Notes under the pieces: generated by a model | Told to the model about the DNA's origin: nothing | The model's database searches: none | Seen by the model: only the letters and a program-made list of their open reading frames with translations | Program-made: the position numbers and the translations under genes | Shown here: positions 11,901 through 23,501 of the stretch, one piece after another | Layout: the number at the start of each line of letters is the position of its first letter | How positions within the stretch are numbered: position 1 is the stretch's first letter | Assembly: GCA_964247055.1 (NCBI GenBank) | Contig: OZ176055.1 | Location: forward strand, 930,001 to 994,000 | Direction of reading: 5' to 3' | DNA length: 64,000 nucleotides | Source of the DNA: Paragordius varius | Taxonomy: Eukaryota; Animalia; Nematomorpha

Positions 11901-14900
11901 ATCTTTGTCAAACATTTATTATATTATAATAAAATGAAAAAAAGTGTTATAAAAAAAGTTTTACAATGTATAAAATTAAAATTTAAGTATAAACTAAAAT
12001 AAAAATTCACAATAAATTCATATAATTTTAGCTGAATTATAATTGCAATATATTAATACAATCACACTTGTTCAGCGTATACGAATATAATGTCTCTTTA
12101 ACTAATTACCAAACAAAAAGCAAATAAATTTTTTAATAAAATTACCAATCAATTAGATCCTTGTTTTCAAAAAAACTTTACTGCAAAATAATAACAATTC
12201 ATTCATTTTCATATTTTAACATTTATTATTCCGCCATCTAATTAATACCAAGTGTGTTAATCAGTTAAATAGGACGACTTACCCCACTTCGTATTGGCGA
12301 CAACAGGCTTCACGAAAATCCGTGACAGGTGACAACTCGGCATAAATGGGTCTTCCATTGAACCAACGTGTGTTTAAATCTTTCTCAGCGCTTTCTGCGT
12401 CTTCTTCGCGTCGAAACTTTTTTAAAATTCCAATTAAAAAATAAAATTTTTATAAAAATTCAAAAAATTTAGTAAATTTTTATAAAATCAAAAAATTTTA
12501 GCAAAATTTATTTATATGGGTTTGAAAATCGAATAATATATAAATTGGGATAAGGTGAAAATATTAGATTTGAAAAAAACTACACCGAGACTATTTAAAG
12601 ACAAAAAGAAATTATTCATATCAACCCAATAACAAACTTTTTTTAATAAGCTATATCTTTATTTTATTATTTTTTTGTTAATACGACAAAGTTAAATGAT
12701 ACTAATTAAAATTATAAATAATATGAATATTGCTGATGATTGAAACATATATTCTAAAACTTGTTTTAGTTTAAATCATAAGATATATAATTTAATATAT
12801 AATTTAGGCCTTCTCTTTCCTAAAAAAGTGTTTTTCTAAATTAAGGAATAGAATATAAACTCTTCGTTGTGTTATTATAGTTTATGATTGCAAACATTAT
12901 ATTTTGAACAAAAAGAATCATTATTAAAAATTAAATGTTCTTGATTTAAAAAAACGTTAATTTTGCCTTTTAAAATTATGTGTAAATAAAATTCATAAGT
13001 TTTTTTCATTAGATATTCAATTTTATATATATATAAAGAACTATTTTATAAAAAGTTGGATAGCTTACGATGGTGCACCATCAATGCTTACTGTTAAACA
13101 ACAACATATATATTAATTAATTATTAAGAATAATTATAATATAACTTATAAATATTTAAAAAGAGAATATAAAAACGCACTAATATGAAAAAAATAAACT
13201 CAAAAATATAAAGAAAACTTACCTTAACATAAACGTTCCCGACCAAATGTTCGCCCAAATTATCGCATACGTTCATTTCTTCCACTTCACCATACTAAAC
13301 AAGCAAAATAAAAATTGTTTTTTAGAAGAAAATAAAACTGTATTTAATACCATATCCATATTTATCATTTTATTGGCTAAAAATGATAAAAATAAAAGGA
13401 TTGTATCAAAAAATTGATTAATATTATACAAATTAAACTTAGAGACATATACAGTATGCATTGCATTTTAATGGTTGATTATTACATTCATACTATAGTT
13501 GGTCAATTTACAAGCTACCCAATAATGTATGGAAAAAAAGAAAAGGAGTAGCTATTTATTTAACATGTTTTCGTTTTTTTCATACCCCACTGTAATGTAA
13601 ATTGCCCCCAACTATAGTATAAATGAAATATAGTTGGGGGCAATTTGCAACACAACAGTAGGGTATGGAAAAAACAATAAAATGTTGGATAAAAAAGTGA
13701 TGTAGCAAAGGAAAAAATGTTCATTTAACATTTTGTTGTTTTTTTCCATACACTACTGTTGTGTTGCATATTACCCAACTATAGTTGTTTGAAATAAGCA
13801 ACTATCAAAAATGCTGGCTAATTCAGATTATAGCTGGTCAATCAACACAGTAGGGTATGGAAATAACAACAAAATGTTGAATAAAAAAGTGATGAAACAA
13901 AGGAAAAAATTGTTTATTTAACATTTTGTTGTTTTTTTCCATACCCTACTGTTGAGTTGCATATTGCCCAACTATAGTTGTTTGAAATAAGCAACTATTA
14001 AAATGCATACTGTATTATTATACCTAGATTTATTTACAATGTTGTATATGTATAATTACTGAATAAAATACAATCTTTTAAAAAGCTCAACGTAAAATAA
14101 GTTAGTTTATATAAGTGAAAAAAATTAACTTAGAATGTTAAAAAAACCTTTATAAATCAATTTAACACAAAAAATAAAATATATAAGCCTTATATGATTA
14201 TAAAGGTGATTAAAAAAATCAAAAATAAAAACCATCTAAAAAAAACTAACTTTATCTTCAAGTTCGGTGAAAACTTCCTCGAAAAATTCATCGAAATGTT
14301 CTTGAGTTTCCAGGTCTGAGACCACGGGCTGTGGCGGATTTGCAGCTAAAAAAAATTATTAAAAAAATTATTGCCCATAACTTGAAAAGTATACACAGTT
14401 AAAATTCATTATATCGTTTCAAGCAGGGGTGACCAACATAAAACCCTTTCAATTATAAAAATATGCTTATTAAATCTTTTAATAAAATTGATATTTAAGT
14501 AATTTATCTCAAAAAGTTTCAATTAGCAAGAAGACTAGATAAAATGACTATATTGAGTTTGAATTTTACGGTTTTATATTTACAATCTAATAAATTCCTG
14601 AATTTCACTCATATAATATATATATATATATATTTCGAATATGGCCCGCAAAGTCATTTATGTTAGACTTACCTGGTTAAAAGCATTTAGTAATGAGTCT
14701 GATGACGCCCATATTGTTTGGTATAGTAATATGTGAAAAGATGAAAAATTATTATCGCTAAAATTCAATAAAAAATATGTATAAAAACTTACGATCAACA
14801 TTAACAGTGGCGGCATGTTGAGGATTTATGTAAAGATTGGTTAGCAAAACCGTTTGACTAAAAGTTGGTTTATTGTGAATTCGAGAACATTTGTCGCCAT

Positions 14901-15374
14901 GACGACACGCTCCAATTTTGAAGTAAAACGAGCAATTGACTCTAAAATAAAAAGATAAATACATGAAGGTTTAATTATTAAATAAGGAATAATTATGCCA
15001 AAACTAGAGAAAAAATTGTCTTTACTATTAAAAAGCGCATTTTAGGGTATAAGTTAAATCTAAATATTTTTTTATATTTTCTAAGATTTTGTTTATAAAG
15101 ACAGCCATACATTTAAAACATGAGTTCATTCACATAAACCACATCACAATTATCAAATATATAAGAGTTAAACATTTTACATCTCTAATTCAAACCAAAA
15201 CAATTTGTATAAGAATATAAAGTTTGTCTTTAAATTTTTTGTCGTTAAGTGTTTACAATATATTTTATAATTACTGAATAAAAAATTTAAGATAAAATTC
15301 TAAGAAACTATTTCCAAAACAAAAAATTACTTGTCTTTTTCGGTACCAAAAATCGAAGCGAGATATTCAGCCAT
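5951..15374 (-). CDS. U2AF1: Splicing factor U2AF small subunit (U2AF35), 7 exons
   Basis: Exons 15374-15331, 14941-14793, 14345-14251, 13294-13223, 12416-12283, 7130-7035, 6029-5951 join in frame. The product reads [35 protein letters not shown]...[25 protein letters not shown]...[41 protein letters not shown] followed by an RS tail: two CCCH fingers and a UHM. Confidence 0.97.
6268..6985. repeat. Two MITE-A copies, each followed by the same ~90-bp flank (local tandem duplication)
   Basis: The flank after each MITE is similar: 6500-6590 vs 6895-6985 (GATTATATAATTTAG.GTAAATAATTTC...GGAATTAT.AAAACTG..GCAATAAAAAAACTATA). Confidence 0.75.
8743..11845 (+). mobile_element. RTE-like non-LTR retrotransposon, antisense within U2AF1 intron 5
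   Basis: Single EN-RT ORF, 9-nt 3' UTR and (AAC)n tail at 11832-11845. GC is visibly higher than the flanks. The 5' boundary is approximate and no TSD was found by eye. Confidence 0.85.
8985..11822 (+). CDS. RTE-clade LINE ORF (APE endonuclease + reverse transcriptase), uninterrupted
   Basis: Open frame from the ATG at 8985. Endonuclease motifs GLSET, YAPT, GDLNA, IDFIL, SDH. RT motifs [31 protein letters not shown]-terminal [12 protein letters not shown] is typical of RTE/BovB-like elements. Confidence 0.95.
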   Translation: MNSPKISNILKIGNLNLQGYSLPKFRLLQLAMKNHTIPIIGLSETHIMNNGYIIDNNYILYHSGHSGHSNLRRYGTGIIIHKSFALFADEPNFINDRIIKITFNTHPLKLNLIQAYAPTSNSSEEDIEHFYTQLHNTVISCNKNEIIIISGDLNATRGCEVEHNVTGGFGLGKRNLRGDKLIEFCVDHKLAITNTFFDIPLRRRYTWVSPKNTRSQIDFILIQQKWLKFIIGAKTFPGIVIGSDHQLLAIKLKFKLGTKLPHNKAKNRFDFSNVSSEFILKLNTSLSNINTNNLNVNNHWHQTLTAINELIPKHFPLQQKHPNNPCLSNDSIVLANKRRLAKISNNITDYRTLNTQFKIQSKIDINLHYLAICKELELAHAKGQNIYQKLHLLVPHNSKNLGNISNTDNVILTNKKEIIKRWEEFGTSLYHVVSSPHSSISTFLKVSELDPPILPDEVQYALKQFSSSNSLGYNDIPIKILHTIPLYFLTDLLQKVFQTCIWPDDWTKSFLLPFFKKGNPHLCQNYRMIAITNKLSKLLLKIILKRISSSLDFEISEVQAGFRAKRNTTNHIVNLNTIIRRYNEFGKSLYCCFLDFSMAFDTVNHDCLWRILRSSGVSSHIILLLQSLYSGQTAAIKTQFGPTDWFPILRGVRQGCVLSPLLFNLYTETLIRNCNFPQHIGARIGGLTICNLRYADDTILLSESHTDMTYLLNNLTIEASLMGLKLNPAKSKIMILNAPKLPFTINNSPIELTDHCKYLGSIIASDGSSDPDIRARLALGRATMGKLSKVWNSSVISLPTKLAILKAMIYPVAIYGSESWICNSIDKARINSFQMWCFRKILRISWKADISNSYILKFIKPEFLLYDLITFKQLKYLGHILRSDSLEKIILFGLVDGTRRRGRPKKRWIDVLKSITNLTFHQLLRVTQDRLKWRTLIYEKARVSI
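13451..14013. mobile_element. MITE family C with internally duplicated hairpin units
   Basis: TACAGTATGCA...ATGCATACTGTA termini and repeated AGTAG(G/T)GTATGGAAAAA / TTTTTCCATAC(A/C)CTACTGT palindromes. Other copies at ~2905-3093, ~18530-18840 and ~33847-34060. Confidence 0.8.
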
Positions 15375-15461
15375 GCAAATCGGCGAGTGAATGAATGTAA
15401 ACCACAATTGATTTTGGGTGAATCGGCGTGCTTTTATTAGTATTATCAAGATCAAGGTTAG
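15375..15461. promoter_or_regulatory. 87-bp divergent interval between the U2AF1 and AKR start codons (putative bidirectional promoter)
   Basis: U2AF1 ATG at 15374 (-) and AKR ATG at 15462 (+). AATCGGCG occurs twice (~15378, ~15420). Confidence 0.6.
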
Positions 15462-18400
15462 ATGGAATATGTAACGCTAAATTCTGGTCATAAAATGCCA
15501 GTTATTGGACGTTAATTGAATAATTTAATTAGTTTTAGTTGGAACTTATAAAATTGTGGAACAAGATGATGTAAATAATGTGATTGATACGGCATTATCT
15601 TGTGGTTACCGATCTTTTGGTATTTTTAAACTTATAATTTTAGACACAGCGCAAATGTACAATAATGAAGCACAAATTGGTATGGCTTTGCAAACTTTGT
15701 TGCCAAAACATGGCTTAAAACGCGAAGATATATTTTTGACTTCTAAATTAAGTAATAATTTTACTTATAATAAAATAACTTTTAATTAATACGAATTAAT
15801 CAGTTTAAAGATATTTTTTATCTTTTTTTGTCTGTTTTTGTGAAAAAGTAAAGGCAAAATTTATTAACACATTTTTAACTTGAGAATTATGCGTACGCGA
15901 GGTAAATAAAGATATTTAATACTTCAACCATTTTTCTTTATACCTTAAATTTTATCATATAAAATTATTCTAAATTTTAGCCGAAAGAAACAAAAATGCG
16001 ATATTTTTTTTAAAGAAAGTTTTGAAATAAAATTCGTGCCAAAATAGTTTGATATGGAACTTTTTTCTCAGTATAAATATGTATCAAATTATTTTAGCCT
16101 TTTTAAATTATTATAAAAAGATAGAGGCATTAATTTTAGTTGAAACAGCTCTTTTTTGGGATTTTAATAAGTTTCTAGTTACTCCAATTTGTATGACATT
16201 TTTTGGAAAAAATTTATTTATCATTATGTGCGCAAATTTTGTCATTTTTCGATATCGAGCAATTACCAGAAAAGTGGAAATATTTTTCTTAAAAATGACC
16301 GCCAAAAACCAATAGCACCATGAAAATCTTTATGCATTTTTTTCAGAAAATATATAGTTGTCACTATATTTTGTGTGCATTATGTTATATGCATATCCAT
16401 AATTCTTTAGGATATATTTTATTTATAATATAACATTTACAGTTCAAATTCACCCTTAAACAATTCAAATTCATCCTCGACAATTCAAATTCACCTTAAA
16501 ATAAATTATGTGTTTTTTAACATTAAAAATTACCTATATTTTTAAAAAATGAAATATTGTTTAAAATAATATAATACTCAAAAACTAATAAAATATGATG
16601 CCATAAAGATAAATTAAATGAATAATGCGTTATATTAGCCCGAAAACACAAATTATTTTTCGGGTGTTTTGAATTGTACAAGGGTAAATTTGAACTGTTC
16701 AAGGGTGAATTTGAACTGTTAAGGGGGAATTTGAATTGTTCGATGGTATATAAATCATCGATTGATGAAAAAATTAAACTTTTGTTAAATAGCCGTTTTC
16801 GCTAATTTATTACCCAGCTTGACTCTCTTTTTCAAATTATTATAACTTTTTAACATTTTTAATTTTTTCACTTGTTTCACTCTAGATACATGTAATCAAG
16901 GCACGGAACGTGCATCTCAGGCATTAAAAAAATCTTTAGTTGATCTACAAACTCCTTACCTAGACCTGTTTCTAATACATTGGCCTTTTGCTGATGGTGT
17001 TGATAGAGAGACTGAAGCCAATATAAACGCTGATCTAAGGGCCCAGAGCTGGAAAGTGTTGGAGACGGCAAAAACTGTAAAAAAAACAACGTTAAAATTA
17101 GTAAAAGAAAGCTTATTTTTAAAAGGCAACTCCTGAGGCTTTAAATAAAAATCATAGTTTTTGGGTTGCAAAATAGGGGCTAATATTGATAACAGATTTA
17201 ATTATATGATTCGCAATTGTAATTATATTGTTTATGTAGGAAACGTCGAATCAAAAAATTATGTTTGTCTTTTTTTAAATATATTTTTCCTTTAAGTTTT
17301 ACGTTTTGGCTTTATTTTATTTTTTACTGTACTAGGAAAACTAACGTAAAAATTATTGACATACAACCATACTTTTTAAAAATCAATCTTTCAAACTTTA
17401 ATCTTTTACCTATGTTTTATACATCAATGAATTTTAGAGTTTTAAAGAGTGTAATTTTACCATTTTTCTCTATTTATTCCTTAGTGTGCAACTAGATAAA
17501 TCGCGAATGCTAGATTATTTTTAGCAAAAAAGTAAGTGTAAGAATGTCGTCTTTTATGTAAAAATAATATATGTCGCTATTTTTTTTTATCTTTTTCCTA
17601 TTATTAATTTTAAATTTTTTTTGTTGTACTTTAAAAGCAAGAAAAAGTTCGTTCAATCGGAGTCTCTAATTATGTCAAGCATCATTTAGAGGATATGTTA
17701 TCAACTGAAAAAGAAACTGAAAATATCAGCTGTTCTGCATACCCGCGGCATCTATGTCAAATCCCACCAGCTGTGGATCAACTTGAAATGCACCCGTACT
17801 TATTTCCCCAGCAAATGTTACAATATTTACAATCAAAGGTTAGTTCAAGTTTATTAAGACATATATATTTAGTTTTTAAATATGTTTTTTTTCAAGATAT
17901 ATAAATTAATGAATATTTGATCAATTAAAGAAGTTTAAGTAACAGTTTCTAAGTAATTTACAATATTAATTTTAATGTATAAAATTATATGATAAATTTT
18001 TTTGTTGAAATATGAAAGAAATCCACAAAAACAAATTTTTAAAAAAATGAACTTTGGGTAATATATGAATCAAATATATATACTTATTTATCAATTTATA
18101 ATATCTAACATCAAACACTTATTAATTCGCAAACATTTGTAAAAAATCTAAGTAACCTATTGTTTATTAATCCGTATTCTAAATTTTGTTTTAAGGTTAA
18201 AAAATATTAAAATTTCTCATTTACTAAAATAATTTTAACATTTTTCTGCAAAAAATTAATTAATAGTTTTTTCATCACAAAAAGGGCATTCAATTCCAAG
18301 CTTACTCCCCCCTTGGAAGCCCCAAGAGTAAGGATGTCCTTAATGAACCCTGTATCGTTTCCCTAGCCCAAAAGTATGGGAAAGAACCCGCTCAAATTGT

Positions 18401-19454
18401 ACTGAGATGGGCCATTCAACATGGGGTTTGTGTTATCCCCAAATCTTCAAATCCTGAACGAATCCGTGCTAATATTCAAGTTTTTTTATTTTTTGCTTTT
18501 TGTAAAAAATATAAAGTTTTTGCATTTGGTAAGTTGAGTTATTCACCAGATTGTGACAACACAGTAGTTTATGGGAAAAAACGAACAAAATGTTAAAATT
18601 AAACATTTTTTTCAATTTATTATATAAATATGGGGACAAAATTTGTTTTATAACATACGCTACTGTATCATCAATAACATTAATAATGTGAATTAACCAG
18701 CTAATGATTGCTTATTTCATTCATACTATAGTAGGAGGCAATTTGCAAGCTTCACAGTGTGTATGGAAAAAACAACAAAATATTGAATAAATAATTGATT
18801 CCTTTCTTTTTTTCCATACACTACTGTTGTGTTGCAAATATTGTATAAAATTATCAAGCCTTAAAATTAGTGCTTTTCTGGGAAATCTGCAATAAATAAT
18901 TAAAATTATATGAAAGCCTAAACCATAAAATAGTAAAAAACAAAAATTTTTTGCTCAGAAAATCATATTTTTTGATCCTTAATTTTATCTATCTAGACTT
19001 TGAAAGTAACAAAAATGAATAAAATTAGAGCTTTTTCATCTAATTTATAAATTTAATCATGTTGACTATACGTGTTGTCCAGAAAATATCTTTTATTATC
19101 GGGGAAAATAAAAACCTAACATATATTAACATTATAAATTTTAATTTATTAAAATCTTGTATAGCATTTTTTAAAGCAAAACTCAACATTTTTTCGAGCA
19201 AACTTAACATTTTTTAAGCAAAACTCAATATTTTTTCTAACTCTAACGCAAATTTTCAACTAAACTGAATTAAAAATATTGCATTTGCTTGAAGAAAAGG
19301 AAGGTTGCGTTTTACTGGAAATATTAATTTTATATATTTATTCATTTGTAAAATATAGCTCTTTGATTTCACACTCACGCCAAGGGAAATGGAAATGATT
19401 GATGCTTTGAATAAAAATCATCATTATGCGGCTGATCCTGCTTTAATACCATAA
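15462..19454 (+). CDS. Aldo-keto reductase family protein, 7 exons
   Basis: Exons 15462-15510, 15539-15619, 15644-15751, ~16887-17077, ~17639-17838, ~18284-18479, ~19359-19454. Motifs MPVIGLGTY, GYRSFDTAQMYNNE, DIFLTSKL, YLDLFLIHWP, VRSIGVSNY, QLEMHPY, QAYSPLG, AQIVLRWAIQHG, IPKS and LFDFTL show the AKR catalytic tetrad (Asp, Tyr, Lys, His). Confidence 0.93.
16428..16750. mobile_element. MITE family A copy in AKR intron 3
   Basis: CATTTACAGTTCAAATTCACC...GAATTTGAATTGTTCGATGGTATA. Confidence 0.8.
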
Positions 19455-19881
19455 AAATATACTTATCATATCTAATCATAATTTTTATTTAAATTAAATG
19501 ATCAAATTTTTTAAAAAATTAAATATCAATCAGTAGTCTATAGAATATATATCTTTTTTAAAATTATTTTTTACGAAAGAAAATACCAATATCTATTATA
19601 TAACAGTGAGATGGATTGGATAGAAATATAAATGTCATACTACATCCTTATTTTTTCGTCACTTTTTGGTGACATTTTTTTTAAACGTAATTATAGTACA
19701 TTTCTAAACATTGTATTGAAAATTATATAATTAATTAAATTAAACATTTATTCGAATAAAACATTTATATATATATATGCACACATATCAAAAATGCTAA
19801 ACATATATGAATATATATATTCAAATTCAATTTAAAACAACCGCAAACTAATCAATTAAGTCATAATAAAGAATATTGCCG

Positions 19882-21139
19882 TTATTTATTATTGGCACTT
19901 TTATTATTGACTTCTGTCGACGATTGTTTTGAAGTGGTCCCAAGATCAGCTGATTTGGAAGAATTGTCTTTTTCAGCATCACCTGATGCCATTTTTTCTT
20001 GTTGGGCTTTTAGTAAGGCAGCAATTTTACCTTTCATAACGTCTTCTATACCTATTTTAATTGAAATTAAAAAAAAAATATTTTTAAACAAATGATAAAT
20101 ATAATTGTCAACACGTTTAGAAAGGTTTAACATTTTTTTTATGAAACAAAAATATATTTTATTTATATAAAAGTCTATAATTTTTGAGCAATAGTAAATT
20201 ATTCGTGGAATTTTTTTCATAAAATTTAAATTAAATTATGGAAAAACCGCCTTTCAAAAATAAAATTTAATAACCATTTATAAATATATATTTAGCATCA
20301 ATAAATAGAGAGCCGGATTAAAACTACAAAATAATAAATTTTGAAGGATATTTATCATAAAAAATTAAAATTCTAAAATTTCTAATACGCGTAAATTTTT
20401 TGATAAAAACCTCGTTTAAGACTAATTTTATCGTTCAGGGAAGGTTTGAATTTCTCGATTTGACGATTAACGTAATCCATTTTGCGTTTAAAGTAATCTT
20501 TGGATTCTTTAACATTTTTTTCGACAAAGTATCCCGTACCAATATCAATGATAAATTTTGTGGGCAATTCGATTTTTCCATCAAGGTATAACTTAATAAG
20601 TTTACAGTAAGTATTAGGATTATATGGACAAAAAGTAAAACTTAAATCTACTGTTTAAAAAAAGAATATAGTTTTTTTGAATATAACCTATCGTTTTAGG
20701 TAAAAACACAAATATTAGAGATGTATATTTGCAACACACTCAACTATATTTATAAATTAGAATTATAGACTATATGTGAAGATTAAGGATTACAAAGTAT
20801 GTTTAAAATATATTTCGTTTTTTTGCTTTTTTACGTATCATATATATTTTTAAATCAAAAAACTATATTTATGTTAAGATAAATTTAAATTTATACGCTT
20901 TGAGTCAGTGGAACTAATGCCGTTTGAGACGGTGTTTTAAGTTTGGTTAAATATTCGATTGAATTAAGTGAATTCTGAAATTTTTTGGCAGCCATTTCAA
21001 GTTGCTCGAAGGAATGAGACAAATATTCAATATCCTAAATAATAATCGGATAAAAAACTGTTTCAATGTTTTCCCTGAGGGCCTCCAATTGAGGAATAGA
21101 TAAATCTTTTAAATTTACCACCTGTCGTCCTGAACCCAT
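19882..21139 (-). CDS. PFDN5: Prefoldin subunit 5, 4 exons
   Basis: MGSGRQVVNLKDLSIPQLEALRENIET / DIEYLSHSFEQL...ALVPLTQS / LYLDGKI...FIIDIGTGYFVEKNVKESKDYFKRKMDYV...; the LVPLT and IDIGTGYFVEK motifs are those of alpha-prefoldin 5. Intron 1 (21035-21058) is 24 nt. Confidence 0.93.
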
Positions 21140-21521
21140 CTCGTTAACCGTCAATATAAGGAATACAATATGTTTTTATAAAAAAACACCTACTGATAAA
21201 TCAGCTATTAAAATAAAATTTCTCAATCATTGTATTTAAAAATTAAGCTAGTTCGTTAATACATTTTAATATAGTGGATAAAATAGGGGTAAAATATATA
21301 CCAAATAATATATACGTATATGGTGTAATCGTAATATAGATAGTTTTTTCTCGACCTTCAGGGGTTCTTTTATACACGAATACATGTGGGATGTTTTTCC
21401 TGAGCTTTTAATATATTATTAAAAAATAATAAATGCAATAAAAAATATATAGTCTTAAATTCCGCATTAAAAATAATTGAATCACAGAAATCAAGTCAAG
21501 ATAGAAGTGAAAGCCTAAAAC

Positions 21522-23501
21522 CGTGGTACTTAAACCGTGGGCCAAATGCGGCCTTAAGAGTGCTTTAAAATTGCCCTATAACTATATTGATTCTTAAATT
21601 TTTTTATCGGTGTATTTTTAATATATACAGAAACGAATTTTCGCTTATTTTAATATTAATTTATTTTTTTCTAATTAATTTTGCTAATTTTTATTTTTTA
21701 CTCATTTTGAGATGTAGAAAAAATTTCCTACATTAAAATATCAATTTTGGCACACGTTGTTTATGTATTTAAATTACTTTTCTATTTATTGCGTCCCTTT
21801 TTTCTAATAAATCAAGCCTTTCACCCAAAATTGCATATGCATATTCTTTCATTGCTATCCAGCATCACTGCTTATAAAGCCTTCCCATAATTTTTCAAAT
21901 AGATATTAAATTTCGACCTGTTTTTTATAGCTTAATTCAAATTATATTCCTATTTTTTTAAAAAAAATTACATAAATATAAATTCAGTGTGACAACTGCT
22001 AAAAAACGTAAATTATCCAATAAAATTGCTTCTTTAAAAAAGAATGTAAAAAAAATTCTTTTTGATAACAAGTGCTCGGCGCATTGAAGATATGTCTTAT
22101 ATTATTAACACCTGAAAAACTGCAAATATTTTAGTATTGCGATTGATTTTAGCACTGATATTAGTTCAATACCTCAATGTGTGATCTTCGTGAGATTTTG
22201 CAAGACAACATACTCAACGAATATTAAAAATTTTTACTAATGAAAAATACCACTAAAGGAAGTGATTTTCTCGAAATAATTGACATGAAAACATTGGTTT
22301 CGATCTGCACATATGGCTGTCCCTCTATGATTGTAATAAACAAAAGATTTATTCCTCTTTTAAATAACAAATATAATTTGCATATTTTATCTCCTTTCAC
22401 TGCTTTATTCATCAGCAAACTTGGTTTCGCATGTAAAAGATGACACTCAACTCAGTAATAAAAACGGTTGCGATAGTTAATCACGTATGTGGCAGAGAAT
22501 TCAACCGCCGTAAATTCAAAAACCTTCGAAAAGATATCTACAGGTTTGATGATTTTCTTTTATATACCAGTGTGAGATGGCTAAACTTAGCAGTGTATTA
22601 AATAAATTTTTTGTTTTAGGACATGAGAAGAAATTAATACAAAAGATGGGTTATTATACCTTTGCGTCATTACTTATCTTAGTATTTTTATTATAAGTTT
22701 TTAAGGAAGCAAAATAAAAACCTAACTTGCTAATCAAATATTTGTTTTTGAAGAAAAATTAATTATATACAAGATTTTATAAATAGAAAACTCCTATATA
22801 TTTTAATAAAGCGAATCTTAAAGAAAAAATGAAAATTACCGCGGACATTAATTTAATTAGACAATTATTTAACACTTTTATCTGATGAGATGATATTCAA
22901 ATTTCATGAATTAAGAAATATTAAAAATTGCTTACTGAAAATCCTTGGCATATGGATATGTCCATTATTAAGCAACTTGAAAATTTAGGTTTTGATCAGG
23001 CGTATATCATTGAAGAATTCATAGATTTTAAAAAAGATTTCAATTTGGAGGCTATATTGAAGGAGAGTCGTAGAAGGATAAGATTGGCAAGATGCCAAAT
23101 AAATATGAAATAAAAAAATGTCCTCAAGTTATCGTATTTCCCTCAAATTATACGTGTGCGGTATTTTTAAAAATGAAGTATGCCAAGAATACATACAGAA
23201 ATCGCTTAACAGATGAGCATTTGGACGACGTATTTAGGTTGGCCTGTCATGAGGCGAAACCAAATTTGTCCCAATTATTGGTTAATATCAAAATAAATGT
23301 TGATATCAAAATATTTTAAATTTTTAAACTAGGTGCAAATTGAGTTTTTACTGGATTTATATGTGATCGGCAAATTGTGCTGATTTAAAGTATAAATATG
23401 TGCATTTATGTCAAATAGCTATGGAATACTTGCCATTAGGTTCATAACCCTGGAAAAAAAATATATTTTTGGCCCGTCAAGCTTTTTTGGTGAGTACTAC
23501 G
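21522..23501 (+). mobile_element. Decayed hAT DNA transposon (Charlie/SPIN, GTF2IRD2-like transposase)
   Basis: Imperfect TIRs (CGTGGTACTTAA...TGAGTACTACG) flanked by the direct repeat GCCTAAAAC (21513-21521, 23502-23510). Broken transposase remnants include 'STDISSIPQCVIFVRF', 'LVSICTYGCPSM', 'TSVRWL' and 'MKYAKNTYRNRLTDEHL'. Confidence 0.85.

Noticed and set aside
14690-14745. Box C/D-like motifs (TGATGA, CTGA) suggesting an intronic snoRNA
   Set aside because: They lie antisense to the host gene and are not arranged as terminal C and D boxes with a stem. The poison-exon reading fits better.
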